This document shows positions 44,526-59,659 of a stretch of DNA of 64,000 bases, piece after piece. The notes below the pieces were generated by a model. That model saw only the letters and a list, made by a program, of their open reading frames with translations, ran no database searches and was not told the DNA's origin. The position numbers were made by a program, and so were the translations under genes. Positions within the stretch are counted from its first letter, which is position 1. Every line of letters starts with the position of its first letter. Source of the stretch: the human T2T-CHM13v2.0 reference genome, Homo sapiens; the NCBI RefSeq assembly GCF_009914755.1, contig NC_060934.1; one strand, 5' to 3'.

Positions 44526-46123
44526 GGTATTTTGAATTCTGGACTATTTTTAAAGTGTCTTTTCAGTTACATTTATCATAAGATGAAAAGACAAAGCTTC
44601 AGAATTTTTCTTTAGGTTCTTTATCATTCTTGCTAAGTGATTGGGTATTCTTTTTGTACATGACTTCAACTCTGAAACAACTTGAACAATGCCTAGGAAA
44701 ATATTTGGTGTTTTGGTGGAGAAAGGCCTCACCATAGTCTCTTCCTAGGGGCCCTAATGTGTCTGTCTTCAGAGTCAATGCAGTTAACTGTGAACATTCA
44801 TTTCATAAACATCAAACTATGACCATGTTCCAGGCACCATGCTTGATGCCAGGCATGAAGTGAACAAAAGAGACTCAGTTTTGGGTAAGTAAAATGAAAC
44901 CTTAGGAAGAATGCATTCTTTCTTAAGGAGAAGAAGGGAGTAACAAATGTATGTATAATTGTACAATAATGTGGTTAGTACAACAATAAAACTCTGGACA
45001 AAGTTTCAGGAAAGCACAGAGGAGGAAGAAACTGATTCTGCCTGGGAGAATCAGAAAAGGGGTGTGAGAGGAGGTCATGTGTGCATTGATTCTTTAAGAA
45101 GAAGAAAGAGCATTTCAGGTTGGGGGATAACCAGGTGGGAAAGACCTGTTTTTTGTTGGACTTATGTATCATCCAGACATGGTTTACAGAGAGTAGGAAG
45201 TACTTTTATTTCTTTTAGCAAGTGAAGAGAAGTTAATCCGTCAGCAAGGACTTCCACTTATATTATTGGTGGAAACAACACACTTCTCTATCAAGCCAGA
45301 AGGTAGCCATATCCATCACCCCATTACCTCTGTCACTATCTACAAAGCCTTCTAGGTTTTGCCTCCATGAGACTTTCCATGAGCCAAGGAATGAAAGAAA
45401 ATTATTTCTCAGCCCCAGAGCTTTCAGAATTACTACATATTAGAAGCATGGTATCTCCATTTGACATACCTTCACAGCCATTGTATCAACTAACATAACA
45501 TAGTGCACTTAAAAAACATTGTTCGGATGACAATGAGGTTACTGACCCTGTGCTAAGCTATGTGCTATTTGCTTTACATGAACTCTTACTTATTCCTCAT
45601 ACAACCCTGCAAGGATTATCATCAACCTTGTTTTACACATTAGGGAACTAAAACTCAGGAGACTATTTGCCTAGAGCACAATTTGCCCTAAAACACACAG
45701 CTGAGTGACTGAAAAAGCTAAGATTAAAACTCAGATTGTTCAACTTTAAATCTCAAGGAGTTAATAACTATAAATAACTATACCACACTAGATGGATGAA
45801 TCCATCTGTCATCTTTCATCTCTGGAAACTTGACTTAGAGGACTGACAACATTCTCATTTGGGCACTGGGTGAAAATTTAAAGCAGGCATATGAAAGGAC
45901 TAAATATAGATTATAGTTCCTGATTTAGAGCAACTTTTGCTTTTCTGTAGTTTCTAGAGTATGGTGAGAGTAGTAGAGTTGGTCAGGGTAGCATATTAGT
46001 ATCTCCTGGGGTGTAGGTATGTGGAACTGAAAAAAATGTAATAAGTGGAGGTGATAGGCCCTTGCCCTCTGCCATAGATGATGCTACTAATCTGAGGTTA
46101 GGGTCTTAGAAACATATGGAAAC

Positions 46124-46730
46124 TGTGAGAGGCAGAACAATGGCCCCTAAAGATATCCACACACTAATCCTCAAGACCTGTGAATATGTTATCTAAAATG
46201 CCAAAAAAAGAATTTGCAGAATGATTATAATTTAGAAAGCTTGAGATGGAGAGAGTAGCCTAGATTATCCAGGTGGGCCCAATCTAATCATGCAAGTCAT
46301 CAAAAGAGGAGAACCTTTCCCAGCTGCAGTCAGATTTTAAAGTGGAAAGCAGAAAAGCGAGTCTGAAGATGGCAACATGAAAAGGATTTCACATCTCTTT
46401 GCTGGGTCTGAGATGTAAGGGATTATATACAAAGACCAGAGGGAAGCAAGCCTCTAGGAGCTAATGTCAGTGCCCAACTGACAGCCAGCAAGGAAATAGA
46501 GATCTCAGGCCTATAACTGCACAGAACACCTGATTCTTGCCAACACCTGAGTGAGCAAGGAAATGGATTTTCCCTGGAGCTTATAGAATGGAAATCAGCC
46601 CTACCAACACCTTGATCTTAGCAAGGTGAGAGCTCTGACTTTTGGTTTCCAGAACTTCCAGATGATAAATTTGTGTTGTTTTAAGCCACTATTTGTGTAA
46701 ACTTTTGATTGCAGCATAAAAAACTAATAT
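46124..46730 (+). mobile_element. MLT1D/E-like solo LTR
   Basis: tgtgagaggcagaacaatggcccc...aactaatata; 5-bp flanks gaaac/gaaag. Confidence 0.85.
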
Positions 46731-46762
46731 AGAAAGAATTTATAAAATCATTTCGTCTATAC

Positions 46763-46981
46763 CAGGGGTGTCCAAACTTTTGGCTTCCCTGGGTCACATT
46801 GGAAGAATTGTCTTGGGTCACACATAAAATACACTAACACTAATGATAGCTGATGAGCTTTAAAAAAAATCACCAAAAAAATCTCATAATGTTTTAAGAA
46901 AGTTTACAAATCTGTGTTGGGCCAAATTCAAAGCCGTCCTAGCCTGCATGCAGCCCATGGGCCTCAGGTTAGACAAGCTTT
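46763..46981. mobile_element. MER30 hAT-Charlie MITE
   Basis: caggggtgtccaa...gacaagctt ends; perfect 8-bp TSD gtctatac (46755-46762 / 46982-46989). Confidence 0.92.
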
Positions 46982-47607
46982 GTCTATACATTCATTTTAT
47001 TGATAAAAAGTAGTGTGGCCAAAGAAGTTGAATTGCTTGTTTAAGGTCTCAGTCTCATCCTGAATAGTGGTAGTGCCTGAAGTAGAGACTACAATGAGGA
47101 TAAACACAAAATGATTTGCAAAAATTAGGTATTAACACAGTTTCTTATAAAATCAGAAAAGTAGGTAAGTATATTTGAGATTCATAATGAAGAGATGCAA
47201 CTGGCTAGCCCAGTGGTTCTTTTAAAAATGGGCCACATATTCCTATCGTTTGAAAAATGTTAATAACGGGCAAGGTTAAGGACTAAAGTAGAAAATTTTT
47301 TATTTTATTTGTTTGTGGTAGAATCATGACATCAGTGTTGTACTTTACAGGTTCCTGGGGTGATTTAATGTGTAAGCAGAATGAAGAAACACTGTCCTGA
47401 CAAGTGTTCAGCTTGCTAAGCTTCCTTATGTTATCTATGATGTATTTATCTATATTCACTTACACTGGTCCTAGGACAACACTAAGAAACCCATTGTGTT
47501 ATGCCTCATAGCTCTCATTTGATAATGATAGGCATATCTGCACTACCTCATCATTAATAAGCCCTATTTCTTTGATTACTCCTTATTCAACAGTTTCTAT
47601 AATAATA

Positions 47608-49960
<2,353 letters not shown>

Positions 49961-51249
49961 ATATATAAATGTTTAAAGCAACCCTCAAAGCATAGATTTT
50001 AAAAACTTTCCACGATGGTCTTTAGATAGAGGAACTGGGTGACTTGGGGAAAGAGCAGAGGGAAAAATAGTTTTTGCCATATATTCTTTTAAATTTTGTG
50101 TCATATATGTGTATTACCTATTAAAATATAATAACAATTAAGATGAAATATAATAATAAAGATGATCTCAGTTTATAACATGCCAGTGAGAAAAAGAGAA
50201 TCCTTCAGGGTAAAAGTGATTAAAGGGAAAATATGAAGAGATGGATCTAAAAATATGGAAGCTGTAGGGCAAGTTGCCTTTCTAATGGTCAAACAGGTAA
50301 AACAGGTGAGTCTCACCTTCTAAGGTCAAGAGATTCTGAAACATCCAGACAGTGGCTGAGCGAGATGGAATATATTTTGTGGAAAATTTTTTATTTGGTT
50401 CTGGAAGAACTGGAGAGCATAACTCATGGAAGCTTGTAGTGGTAGTGCAGTGGGCTTTGGTGTCACATGCACCTGGATGCAAATTCCATTTCTACCATTT
50501 TGATGCATTATCATGAAAAATCATTTGAATTATTTACAAATGTCTTGAACTCAGTTAGAGATAATCATAATGTTGCCATTGTGAGAGTTAAGGAAAAATC
50601 TATAATGATCTAACAAAGTCTGGCACAGAATAAACTATTAATTGAAGATAGTACCTATGATTATTAATAATTATGATGATATCACAATACTCTTTCTATA
50701 CAACAGAATCAATCAACATGTCTATGCTAGTTTACCAGGACTATCAGGGCCTCTTAGAAATACCAGATTTGCCAAAACCTGGTTTAAAATGACAACAAAT
50801 TATAAACCCTGAAAAGTTCATTCCTATAGCGCCCTTAACATAATGCTAGATTAAGATACAGTTTGTGGTATTGGAGGCAAAAATATTAATTTTTGGATTC
50901 TCTTGAATGTCATGCCATACTCCCTCCTAGTTGAACTTCCTTCTTTGCCTTCCTTATGTCTGCACTCAAATTGTTGAGCATTGCTGAGGAAAATGACCCA
51001 GTAAGGCAGCTTAGAAACATTGTAAATGTATGATCAATGAGCCTTCAACATGCCATCAAAAGGCCCAGCCACTTAAACCTAGTTTTCTATTTAGAACTCC
51101 CACCTACCACCATATTTGTACATTTCATCCTCCTTTCCATCTCTCTTCCCATTTCATCCCCTATTTCATTCTATCCCCCATCCCACCCATTATATGGAGG
51201 AGCTGTTCCCATTATGAAATACATATTCTCCTACCTGTACTCTGAATCC

Positions 51250-52545
51250 TATAACTGCTTGCCTTATTAAAGCCTTAACCTATTAATAATGCCCTCACCT
51301 ATATCTTTAATTTCTTTCTCTACCTCACATTTCCCATGAGCTTTCAAACATGCTAAAATCGCTTCCATATTTAAAATTTAAAAATTAAAATAACTTAGTT
51401 GAATCACATATTCTCCTCCAGCTACTGCTCTGTCTTCTTTTCTTCAAACCAATCATCTCAAATGAGGACCCAATCTGGACCTCTTTACCATCTTAGGTAA
51501 TGGTATTGCCATTCAGTTGAGCAAATTAAAAACCTTACCATCTCCACTTCTTAATCGCTCCAGCATGTCTTCAACATGCTCTGTTTCATCAAAACTGCTC
51601 TCACTAAGACCAACAATGACCTTCCCTTGCATTTTGTGGGCACTTCTAAGACCTCATTTTACTTGGCCTCTCAGTAACATTTGATACTGTTGAAAACACC
51701 CTCCTTCCTGCAATTCTCATCCCCCTTGACTTCTCTTTTCCCACTCTCTCACGGTTTTTCTTCTACCTTGCTGGCCACTCCTTCTAAATCTTCTTTTTTA
51801 GCTCTTACTTTCTATCTGGCTTTAAATATTTTAAAAATATGAAGGCTTAAATGTAGACCCTGTTTTTGGTTTACATTTTCCCATAGGTAATTTTATCTTC
51901 ATAATGGGACTCCTAGACATATTCCCAGCTAAAAAACCCTCTTCTGAGTTCCAGATACACAGGTTCCCCACATATTTCTTCTTCAATGTTTAAAATTCAT
52001 ATCAAATCCAATAAATTTCAGTAAACTCATGGTCATTTCTCCCCAAACATGTTTTCTCAGTCTGTCCAGGCTGCTATAACAAATAAATAAACTGGATACC
52101 TTATAAATAACAGAATTTTATTTCTTACAGTTCTGGAGGCTGAGAAGTCTAAGACCACGGTGCTGGCAGGTTTGATGTCTGGTGAGGGTCCCCATGCTGG
52201 TTCACAGAAGATGCTTTCTTGCTTTTTCCTCACATGGTAGAAGGGGAAAAGGCAGCACTCTTGGGTCTCATTTAAAAGGGCACTAATTGCATTCATGAGG
52301 TCTCGTCTACCATAATCTAAACACCTCCCAAAGGCCCTATCTCCTAATATGATCACATTGGTGATTAGGTTTTCAACATATGAATTTTGGAGGGACACAA
52401 ACATTCAGTCTATGGCACAGGTCCTCTCCCATATCTTGAGGAATGGCACTGCAATCTAGAAATCCAGATGTCACCATTGACCCTTATCTCTTCCTTACCA
52501 CCTATATCTACTCCAGCACTGAATAGACATTTTACCACTTAAATA
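51250..52545 (+). mobile_element. L2 LINE fragments interrupted by MLT1A
   Basis: L2-like 'aaaactgctctcactaagaccaacaatgacc...ctctcagtaacatttgatactgttg'. Confidence 0.65.
52053..52417 (-). mobile_element. MLT1A0-like solo LTR
   Basis: Ends 'ggagggacacaaacattcagtctatggca'; flanks catgt/caggt. Confidence 0.85.
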
Positions 52546-53344
52546 TCACTTGTTTGTGATTTTCAGGTACATTACTCAGTACAGATTTTAGTAATAATAT
52601 TTCATATTTCCAAATCCCACCTAAATCAGTTAATCTGTGGAGATCCCCTTAAAGCTCCAAGATGACTCTGGCCCTTTTGGAATTAGTTTATGATATGAGA
52701 AGTCATTTTATGGTTTATAGTTGAACAAATTCAGTTAACTCTAAAGGATTCTTTTAGTTCTTCACTGGCCAGAGTTAATTTCCACAATTGTAGTTTCAAG
52801 TAAAATTTTTGTTTTTATTGCTTTTTACATTTTTTAGCTTAAGTTTTTGAGTCATACACTGTCAACCTAAAACAAACTCATTTTTTCCCTTAATCTCCCC
52901 TTGGAAATAAAATATATTCCTCTCCATACTTCCCTTAGCCTACAGTGAAAAGTCCAAAAAATTGTGAAACAGGACTACTACCTTGCTCCTGTAGAGCTGT
53001 TCCACATTAAGTTGACAAATCTTGCAGGCAGAGGTCATTTGTCAAAAAAAATACTATATTTATTTGAGTTGAACTCACTTTAGGTGCATGGTGTGCTGGG
53101 TTGATTATCCAGCTCTTCTTAAATATTTTATCAAACTCTTAAATTGTTTGAAAAATAAAAAATAAAACCTCATAATAAAATTTTAAAATGTTCTTGTATC
53201 TCAAACTGTGCATTAGAGAAAACACAATTATAGCTCTTCACCATATTATATACCTCCATTATGCTAAATTCAGTAGTCAAGTGGTTGCAAGTGTATTTCA
53301 AAATAAACACAAATAATAGTGTGAAAGACAGAGAGCTGCTCTAC

Positions 53345-53614
53345 TTTCTTTTTTTTTTTCTTTTTTTTTTTTTTTGAGACATAGTCTCACTCTGTCACCC
53401 AGTCAGGAGTGCAGTGGTGTGATCTCACTCAGCTCACTGCAACCTCTGCCTCCTGGGTTCAAGTGATTCTCCTGCCTGAGCATCCCAAGTAGCTGGATTT
53501 ACAGGTGCCCGCCACTATGCCCAGCTAATTTTTGTATTTAGTACAGATGGAGTTTCACTATGTTGGCCAGGCTGGTCTCAAACTCCTGACCTCAGGTGAT
53601 ATGCCCACCTCGGC
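53345..53614 (-). mobile_element. 5'-truncated AluS
   Basis: Poly-T, right arm, then left arm ending at 'cacctcggct'. Confidence 0.93.
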
Positions 53615-53730
53615 TTTATTATTTATCTTTTTCTTGAGGTCCTAACCAAACTCCAGTATATGAGAAATCATCATCTTATAAATTGCTCTAGTGTTCAAAG
53701 GAAAATATAGTATCAGCTATATTTGGAGTT

Positions 53731-54043
<313 letters not shown>

Positions 54044-54049
54044 TAGATA

Positions 54050-55190
54050 TTTAAACAATATGGATCAATGACCTAAATGTAGGAGCTAAAACTATAAAAT
54101 TAGAAGAACATATAGGAGAAAGTCGTGACTTGGATTTGGCAAAGTATCCTTAGATATGAAATAGAAGTCATACGCAACAAAAGAAAAAATAAATGAGACT
54201 TCATCAAAATTAAAAACTTGCGTGCTGCAAAGGACACCATCAATAAAATAAAAAGGAAACCCACTAAATGGAAGAAAACATTTGCAAATTATATATCTAA
54301 GGGACTTGTATCAATACTATATTAAGCTTAATAAAATGACAGAAATGTTTATTAAGATCAATTTTTAAAATGATCTAAATATCCATTTCTCCAGGTGGCT
54401 AATAAGCACATGAGTGAAACGATGTTCAACACCCTTAGTCATCAGGGAAATGCACATCAACACCATGAGGTATCACTTCACACCCACTAGGATGGCTAGG
54501 ATCAAGAAGACAGATAATAAGTGTTGGTGAGGATGTGGGAAAATTGGAAACTCAGGCATTGCTGGTGGGAATGTAAAATGGTGCAGCCACTGTGAAACAG
54601 TCTGGCCATTCATCAGTTAAACCTAGAGTTACCATCTGACCAAGTATTTTCTACTCTTAGGTGTTTTCATTTCTCTTCCAAGGAAAATAAAATGTTTTGT
54701 TTGTGTTCACACAAAAACTTGTACACAAATATGTATTGTAGCATTACTTATGATAGCCAAAAGGTGGAAACAACCCAAAAAGAAACAGAATGTGATATAT
54801 TTCTACAATAAAATAGTACTCAGTTATCAAAAAGAATAAAGTACTGATACATGCTACCACTTAAATGAGACTTGAAAACATACTAAGTTAAAAAAAGTCA
54901 CAAATGTGTACACATTATATGATTCAATTCATATGAGGGTCCAGAACAAGTCAATTTATAGATATAAAATGTGAATTGGTTGTTGCTTAAGGCTAAGGGT
55001 GAGGAATTAGATGGGGATTGGGAGATATAGCTAAAAGATGAGAGTTTCTTTTTGAAGTAATCAAAATGTTCTAAAATTTACTGTGATGATGGTTTCGCAT
55101 ATCTGTGCCTATCCTAGAAACTATTGAACTGTACACTTTAAATGGATGAATTCAATGTCATATTAATGATATATCAATAAAGCTGTTTTC
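54050..55190 (+). mobile_element. L1MB-like 3' end
   Basis: ORF2 C-terminal motifs and a 3'UTR ending 'tatcaataaagctg'. Confidence 0.85.
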
Positions 55191-56710
55191 TTTTTAAAGA
55201 AAAATGCCTAGTTTGAAATAATAGGTGGTGAGAGGGGTGGCTCTTCATCAGCACCAGAGGGATGGGCAACTTTTTGCTCTGTGCTCACCAACGTTGTCCC
55301 AGCAAATAGGAAGGAATATGCATAGCAGTTAGTTGTGCACATTCTGGAATCAAACTGCTCAACTTTGAACACTGAAGCATTTTCTGTCATTTCCTAGCTG
55401 TGTCATCCTACACCCATCATCTCCCTTCTCTAAGTCTCAGTTTCCTCATCTTAGTAGCAATAGCACATATGGCTGAGGATGTTGTGTGGAGTAGGGGTTG
55501 ATCAAGTCAGAAAATCCATGTGTCTGACAGAGCATAGGCACCCTATTGCTTATGCTCTGGGGTAGCTTAGTTGACATTCCTTTACCATCTCAAAGTATTT
55601 AGTCAGGGAGAACATCATCTTAGCCCGTAGCTGCCCAAGCCCCTCTAGCTGGAATTACTTGGGCTTTCTACCTGCCAGGATCTATCCAGGTTACTCCTCA
55701 CTCAGTCCTGAACTACACAGTATTTTGTTTCAACAGTTTTAGCCCAGCAGGTCATAGAGTGTGGAATGGATCTCACAACCATAGATTTGGCATCAGGTGT
55801 GCCCACACTGAAATCTAGAATCTAGACTCTAGACACCCGAGTGTCCTTTTCAACTCCAGCTTTCTGGTAGATTACTTAGTCTTTGACTATCACCCTGAAC
55901 CAAGGTTACCTATTGATACTATAGCCAGATCCTGAAGTGACCTTCTTGGATGCAGCCTCAGAACTCTCCTCTGAATATTGTTCTAGTACTTACCAGCTAA
56001 TCACTGGCATCTTGTTATAAGTGGACCAATTACATGGAGCCATACCCCTCTGCCCACCGAAATTAGGGTGCTCTACTTCCTAGGCTTCTGCTGCCATATT
56101 CAAATGTCTGACCATCTACTCCATTTAAAAGAAATCCTGTCTAAAATTTTACCTAAGTGGCCAAATCTTCAGACCCAAATAATTAGAATGCCAGCAGTCC
56201 ATTGAGTTGGACACAGTAGAGCAGAATATTAGCTGTGTAAAGGACACAGCCTTCAGCCTGGTCAGTTTCTTTGTATGGAATCAAGCCTCTTCCCTTCTGC
56301 CATGAATCAGCACCTGAGCCTCCAGCATGCATTTTGCTGAGCCCTAGCTAGGAAGTGAATTAATAAAAGATGTTGAATATTCCCTTGATTGTAAATAGGT
56401 CTTTTGATGGTTGGAAGACTGGGGAGATTGGCAATTGTAAAATTCAACATGTGGGGCTTAACAGCTTCTCAGAATAAAGGTCACCCCCTGGGTTATTTTG
56501 TTGGTTTGCTTTCCTCCATTTTGTCTGTGCCCTAGAATCACTAGCAGTGAAATCTGAAACGTCACAATTTTACTCTGGAATTTTGAAAGCTGCCAGTACT
56601 CCAACTAAAACATACCCAGGTTTACATATTTTCTTTTTATTTTCCTCCTGTTTTCATAGAAGTTGAATAGAATTAGAAGACAAATTAGTCATCAAAACAA
56701 ACTCAAATCT

Positions 56711-56992
<282 letters not shown>

Positions 56993-57111
56993 GACACATT
57001 ACAAAGTCTTTTAAAGCATTCCCTCTGTTGTCCATTGACTCTTGGGGAAAGAAGTGCTCTAGTTTTTTTCTGCAAAACTGGGCATGTAGTTTAGCAAGAT
57101 CGTTTACAAGA

Positions 57112-57240
57112 TTCTCTCTTTCTCTCTCTCTCTTTCTCTCTCTCCCCCCACCTCCCTCCCTCTCCCTCCCTCTCCCTTTCTCTTCTTCTCCCTCCCTCTC
57201 CCTCTCTCCTCTTTCCCTCCCCATCCACCACCTTTCTTAC
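57112..57240. repeat. CT-rich polypyrimidine/polypurine low-complexity tract
   Basis: (CT)n and (CCCT)n, almost no purines on the + strand. Confidence 0.9.
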
Positions 57241-57472
57241 CTTTACAAGATGAATGAGAGCTGGATTTTTTAAAATTTTCTGTGGGGTGTTGTCTAAAAT
57301 CAGGACACCATGGTGACAGTTTAAAGGGGCAAAATGCTTTTTAAAGGATGACGAGAGGAAGGAATAGTTTAATGTTCTAACTTGGGAGTCATTGATACTG
57401 ACTCACAGGTCACTGAGATCCTTCTCTAACAAACTGTAGAAATCAAGAAGTAGTCGTTTGTTTGTTTTTTCC

Positions 57473-59659
57473 CAAGATTGGCAGATTAGAGGCATTCAGC
57501 ATGCCTCAGCCACTTGCAAATAGCAAGATAGTACATAAAGATCAAGTCTGTGAGCTTTAATTCAAGAAGCAAATGGTAATCCACCAGAATCTTAAAGAAC
57601 AACCCAGATCCCAGAGAAGAAAACACCGGCAAACAGCCTTCATGGTAATGTCCAGCTGATAAAAGGATAGAAAAAAAAAAGAAAAAATCCTACCAGCGTG
57701 AAAATAATTACAAAAATTAGAAGTGCTAGCATCTCCAGATGAGAAGGAACCAGAGCAAGAATTCTAGCACCATGAAAAATCTGAATGTAGTGATACTATC
57801 AAATGATTACAATAGCTCTCCAGCAATGGTCCATAGCCAAAATGGAAACATGGAAATGACAGATAAAGAATGTAAAGCATGGATTGCAAGGAAGCTCATT
57901 GAGATGCAAGGCAAGGCTGAAAATCAATACACCGTTCTCCTGCCAGCATTACCGACCTGAACCCTCATGTGAAGGGTACAATCCCTAAACTGGAGTTGGG
58001 TAGTAGTGAGCTGGCACTCCCTTATGACCTCTGGCGCAATAGCCTCAGAATCAGACATGGTCCAGAACTTGAAGGACTTAGAGGAATGGCTGCATACTGA
58101 CTCCTGGGACATAGTCATGGCACTGAAGCTGCTGCTAGGGGCCAGCACTGTGGCCTATGGTGTCCCCAAATCCAAGTTCACCATGGAAGGCAAACACAGC
58201 CATCTTCTTCAATTATATCGGTGGCATGCAGCAAGACACTATCCTGGCCAAAGGCTTCATTTCAGGATTCCCTGGTCTCGGTACCCCATCAACGATGACA
58301 TTCTGGCCGGACCTTGAAAAATTTCCTCCCTAACAGGCTCAAAAGACCTGCAGATGGTGAACATATCCCTGTACATGGTGTCTCAACCCAATGTTCAGGA
58401 GCTTCCTAGCATGCACAAGCACCTAGGGCTAGACAACAAAGAATGAGTGTTGCCATCCATTGTCAAAAGAGTACTCAAGAGTGTGGTGGCCAAGTTCAAT
58501 GCCTCATAGCTGATTACCCAGTGGGCCCAGGTATCCCTGTTGATTCATTGGGAGCTGCCAGAGAGGGCCAAGGACTTCAGTCTTATCTTGGATGATGTAG
58601 CCATCACAGAGCTGAGCTTTAGCTGAGAGTACACAGCTACTGTAGAGGCCAAACAAGTGGTCCAGCAGGAGGCCCAGCAGGCCCAGTTCTTCGTAGAAAA
58701 AGCAAAACTAGAACACCAGCAAAAGATTGCCCAGGCCAAGTGTGAAGCTGAGGCTGCTAAGATGCTTGGGGAAGCACTGAGCAAGAACCCTGGCTACATC
58801 AAAATTCACAAGATTAGGCAGCCCAGAACATCTCCAAGACAATCACATCATAGAATCATATCTGTCTCACTGATGACAATCTTGTGCTGAACCTACAGGA
58901 TAAGACTTTCACCTGGGGAAATAAAGGCAGCCTCATTAAGGGTAAGAAATTAGCCTGGTAACCAAGAATTTTACCCCCAGAGAGAAAGTGAATCTGCTTC
59001 TCCAGTTTTTGAGAACCCAGTTAGGAACCCAGCACAGCCCCACCCTGCCCCAGTACCATGTGAAACTTCCTTGTACCTGAAGCTATCCTCCCAACTCCTC
59101 CTGAATAAAGAAAGACTGAAGATCAGCCCTTTTTCTGTGGAATTACTTTCCTCCTCCCTGTGTTGGCCAAGGGTGTTGTGACAGTGTGTGATTCCTCAAT
59201 GATTTCCTACAGTGTTGTTTCCTCCCTCAAGACTGGGAGGAGATAACCACTAACCTAGGAATTCTCAATACATTTTTATTACTTAAAAAAAAAAAAACAA
59301 CACAAAAAAACTTCTAAAGCAATCCAGGAAATAGAGATAAACATCCTAAAAGAAAATCAATCAGAGTTTCTGGAATTGAAAAACTCACTTAAGGAATGTC
59401 AAAATACAATTGAAAGCTTTATCAATGGACTGGACCAAGCAGAAGAAAGAATTTCAGAGCTTGAAGACTGGTCTTTTTAACCCAATCTAACAAAAATAAA
59501 GAAAAACTGATTATAAAAATGAGCAAAGTCTTTGAGAAATATGGTATTATGTAAAGTGACCAAACCTATGAATTATTGACATTCCTGAGAAAGAAAGAGT
59601 AAAAATAAACAACCTAGAAAATGTATTTGAGAAATTAATTTAAGAAAAATTCCCTAATT
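57473..59659 (+). mobile_element. Old primate L1 (L1P4/L1PB-type) 5' end and ORF1 N-terminus, split by the PHB2 retrocopy
   Basis: caagattggc start; ORF1 MRRNQSKNSSTMKNLNVV... at 57739; ORF1 resumes at 59305 (ctggaccaagcagaagaaagaatttcagagcttgaagac). Confidence 0.85.
57932..59297 (+). pseudogene. PHB2P1: Processed pseudogene of prohibitin-2 (PHB2)
   Basis: Intronless copy: ~125-nt 5'UTR, ATG 58057 (MVQNLKDL..LKLLLGA), [25 protein letters not shown], end ..LIKGKK at 58949, 3'UTR, decayed polyA signal AATACA 59267, A13 tail, TSD aaaatcaataca/aaaaacaacaca. In-frame stops at 58315, 58444, 58507 and 58624 plus frameshifts. The parent PHB2 is recognised with high confidence; the locus name PHB2P1 is from memory and unverified. 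Confidence 0.95.

Noticed and set aside
57739-58317. L1 ORF1-PHB2 fusion protein (ATGs at 57739 and 58057 share a frame)
   Set aside because: In-frame TGA stops at 57958 and 57970 separate them; the second appears to be in the parental 5'UTR as I recall it
58006-58890. Functional PHB2 paralog or retrogene
   Set aside because: Four in-frame stops, several frameshifts and a mutated terminal codon
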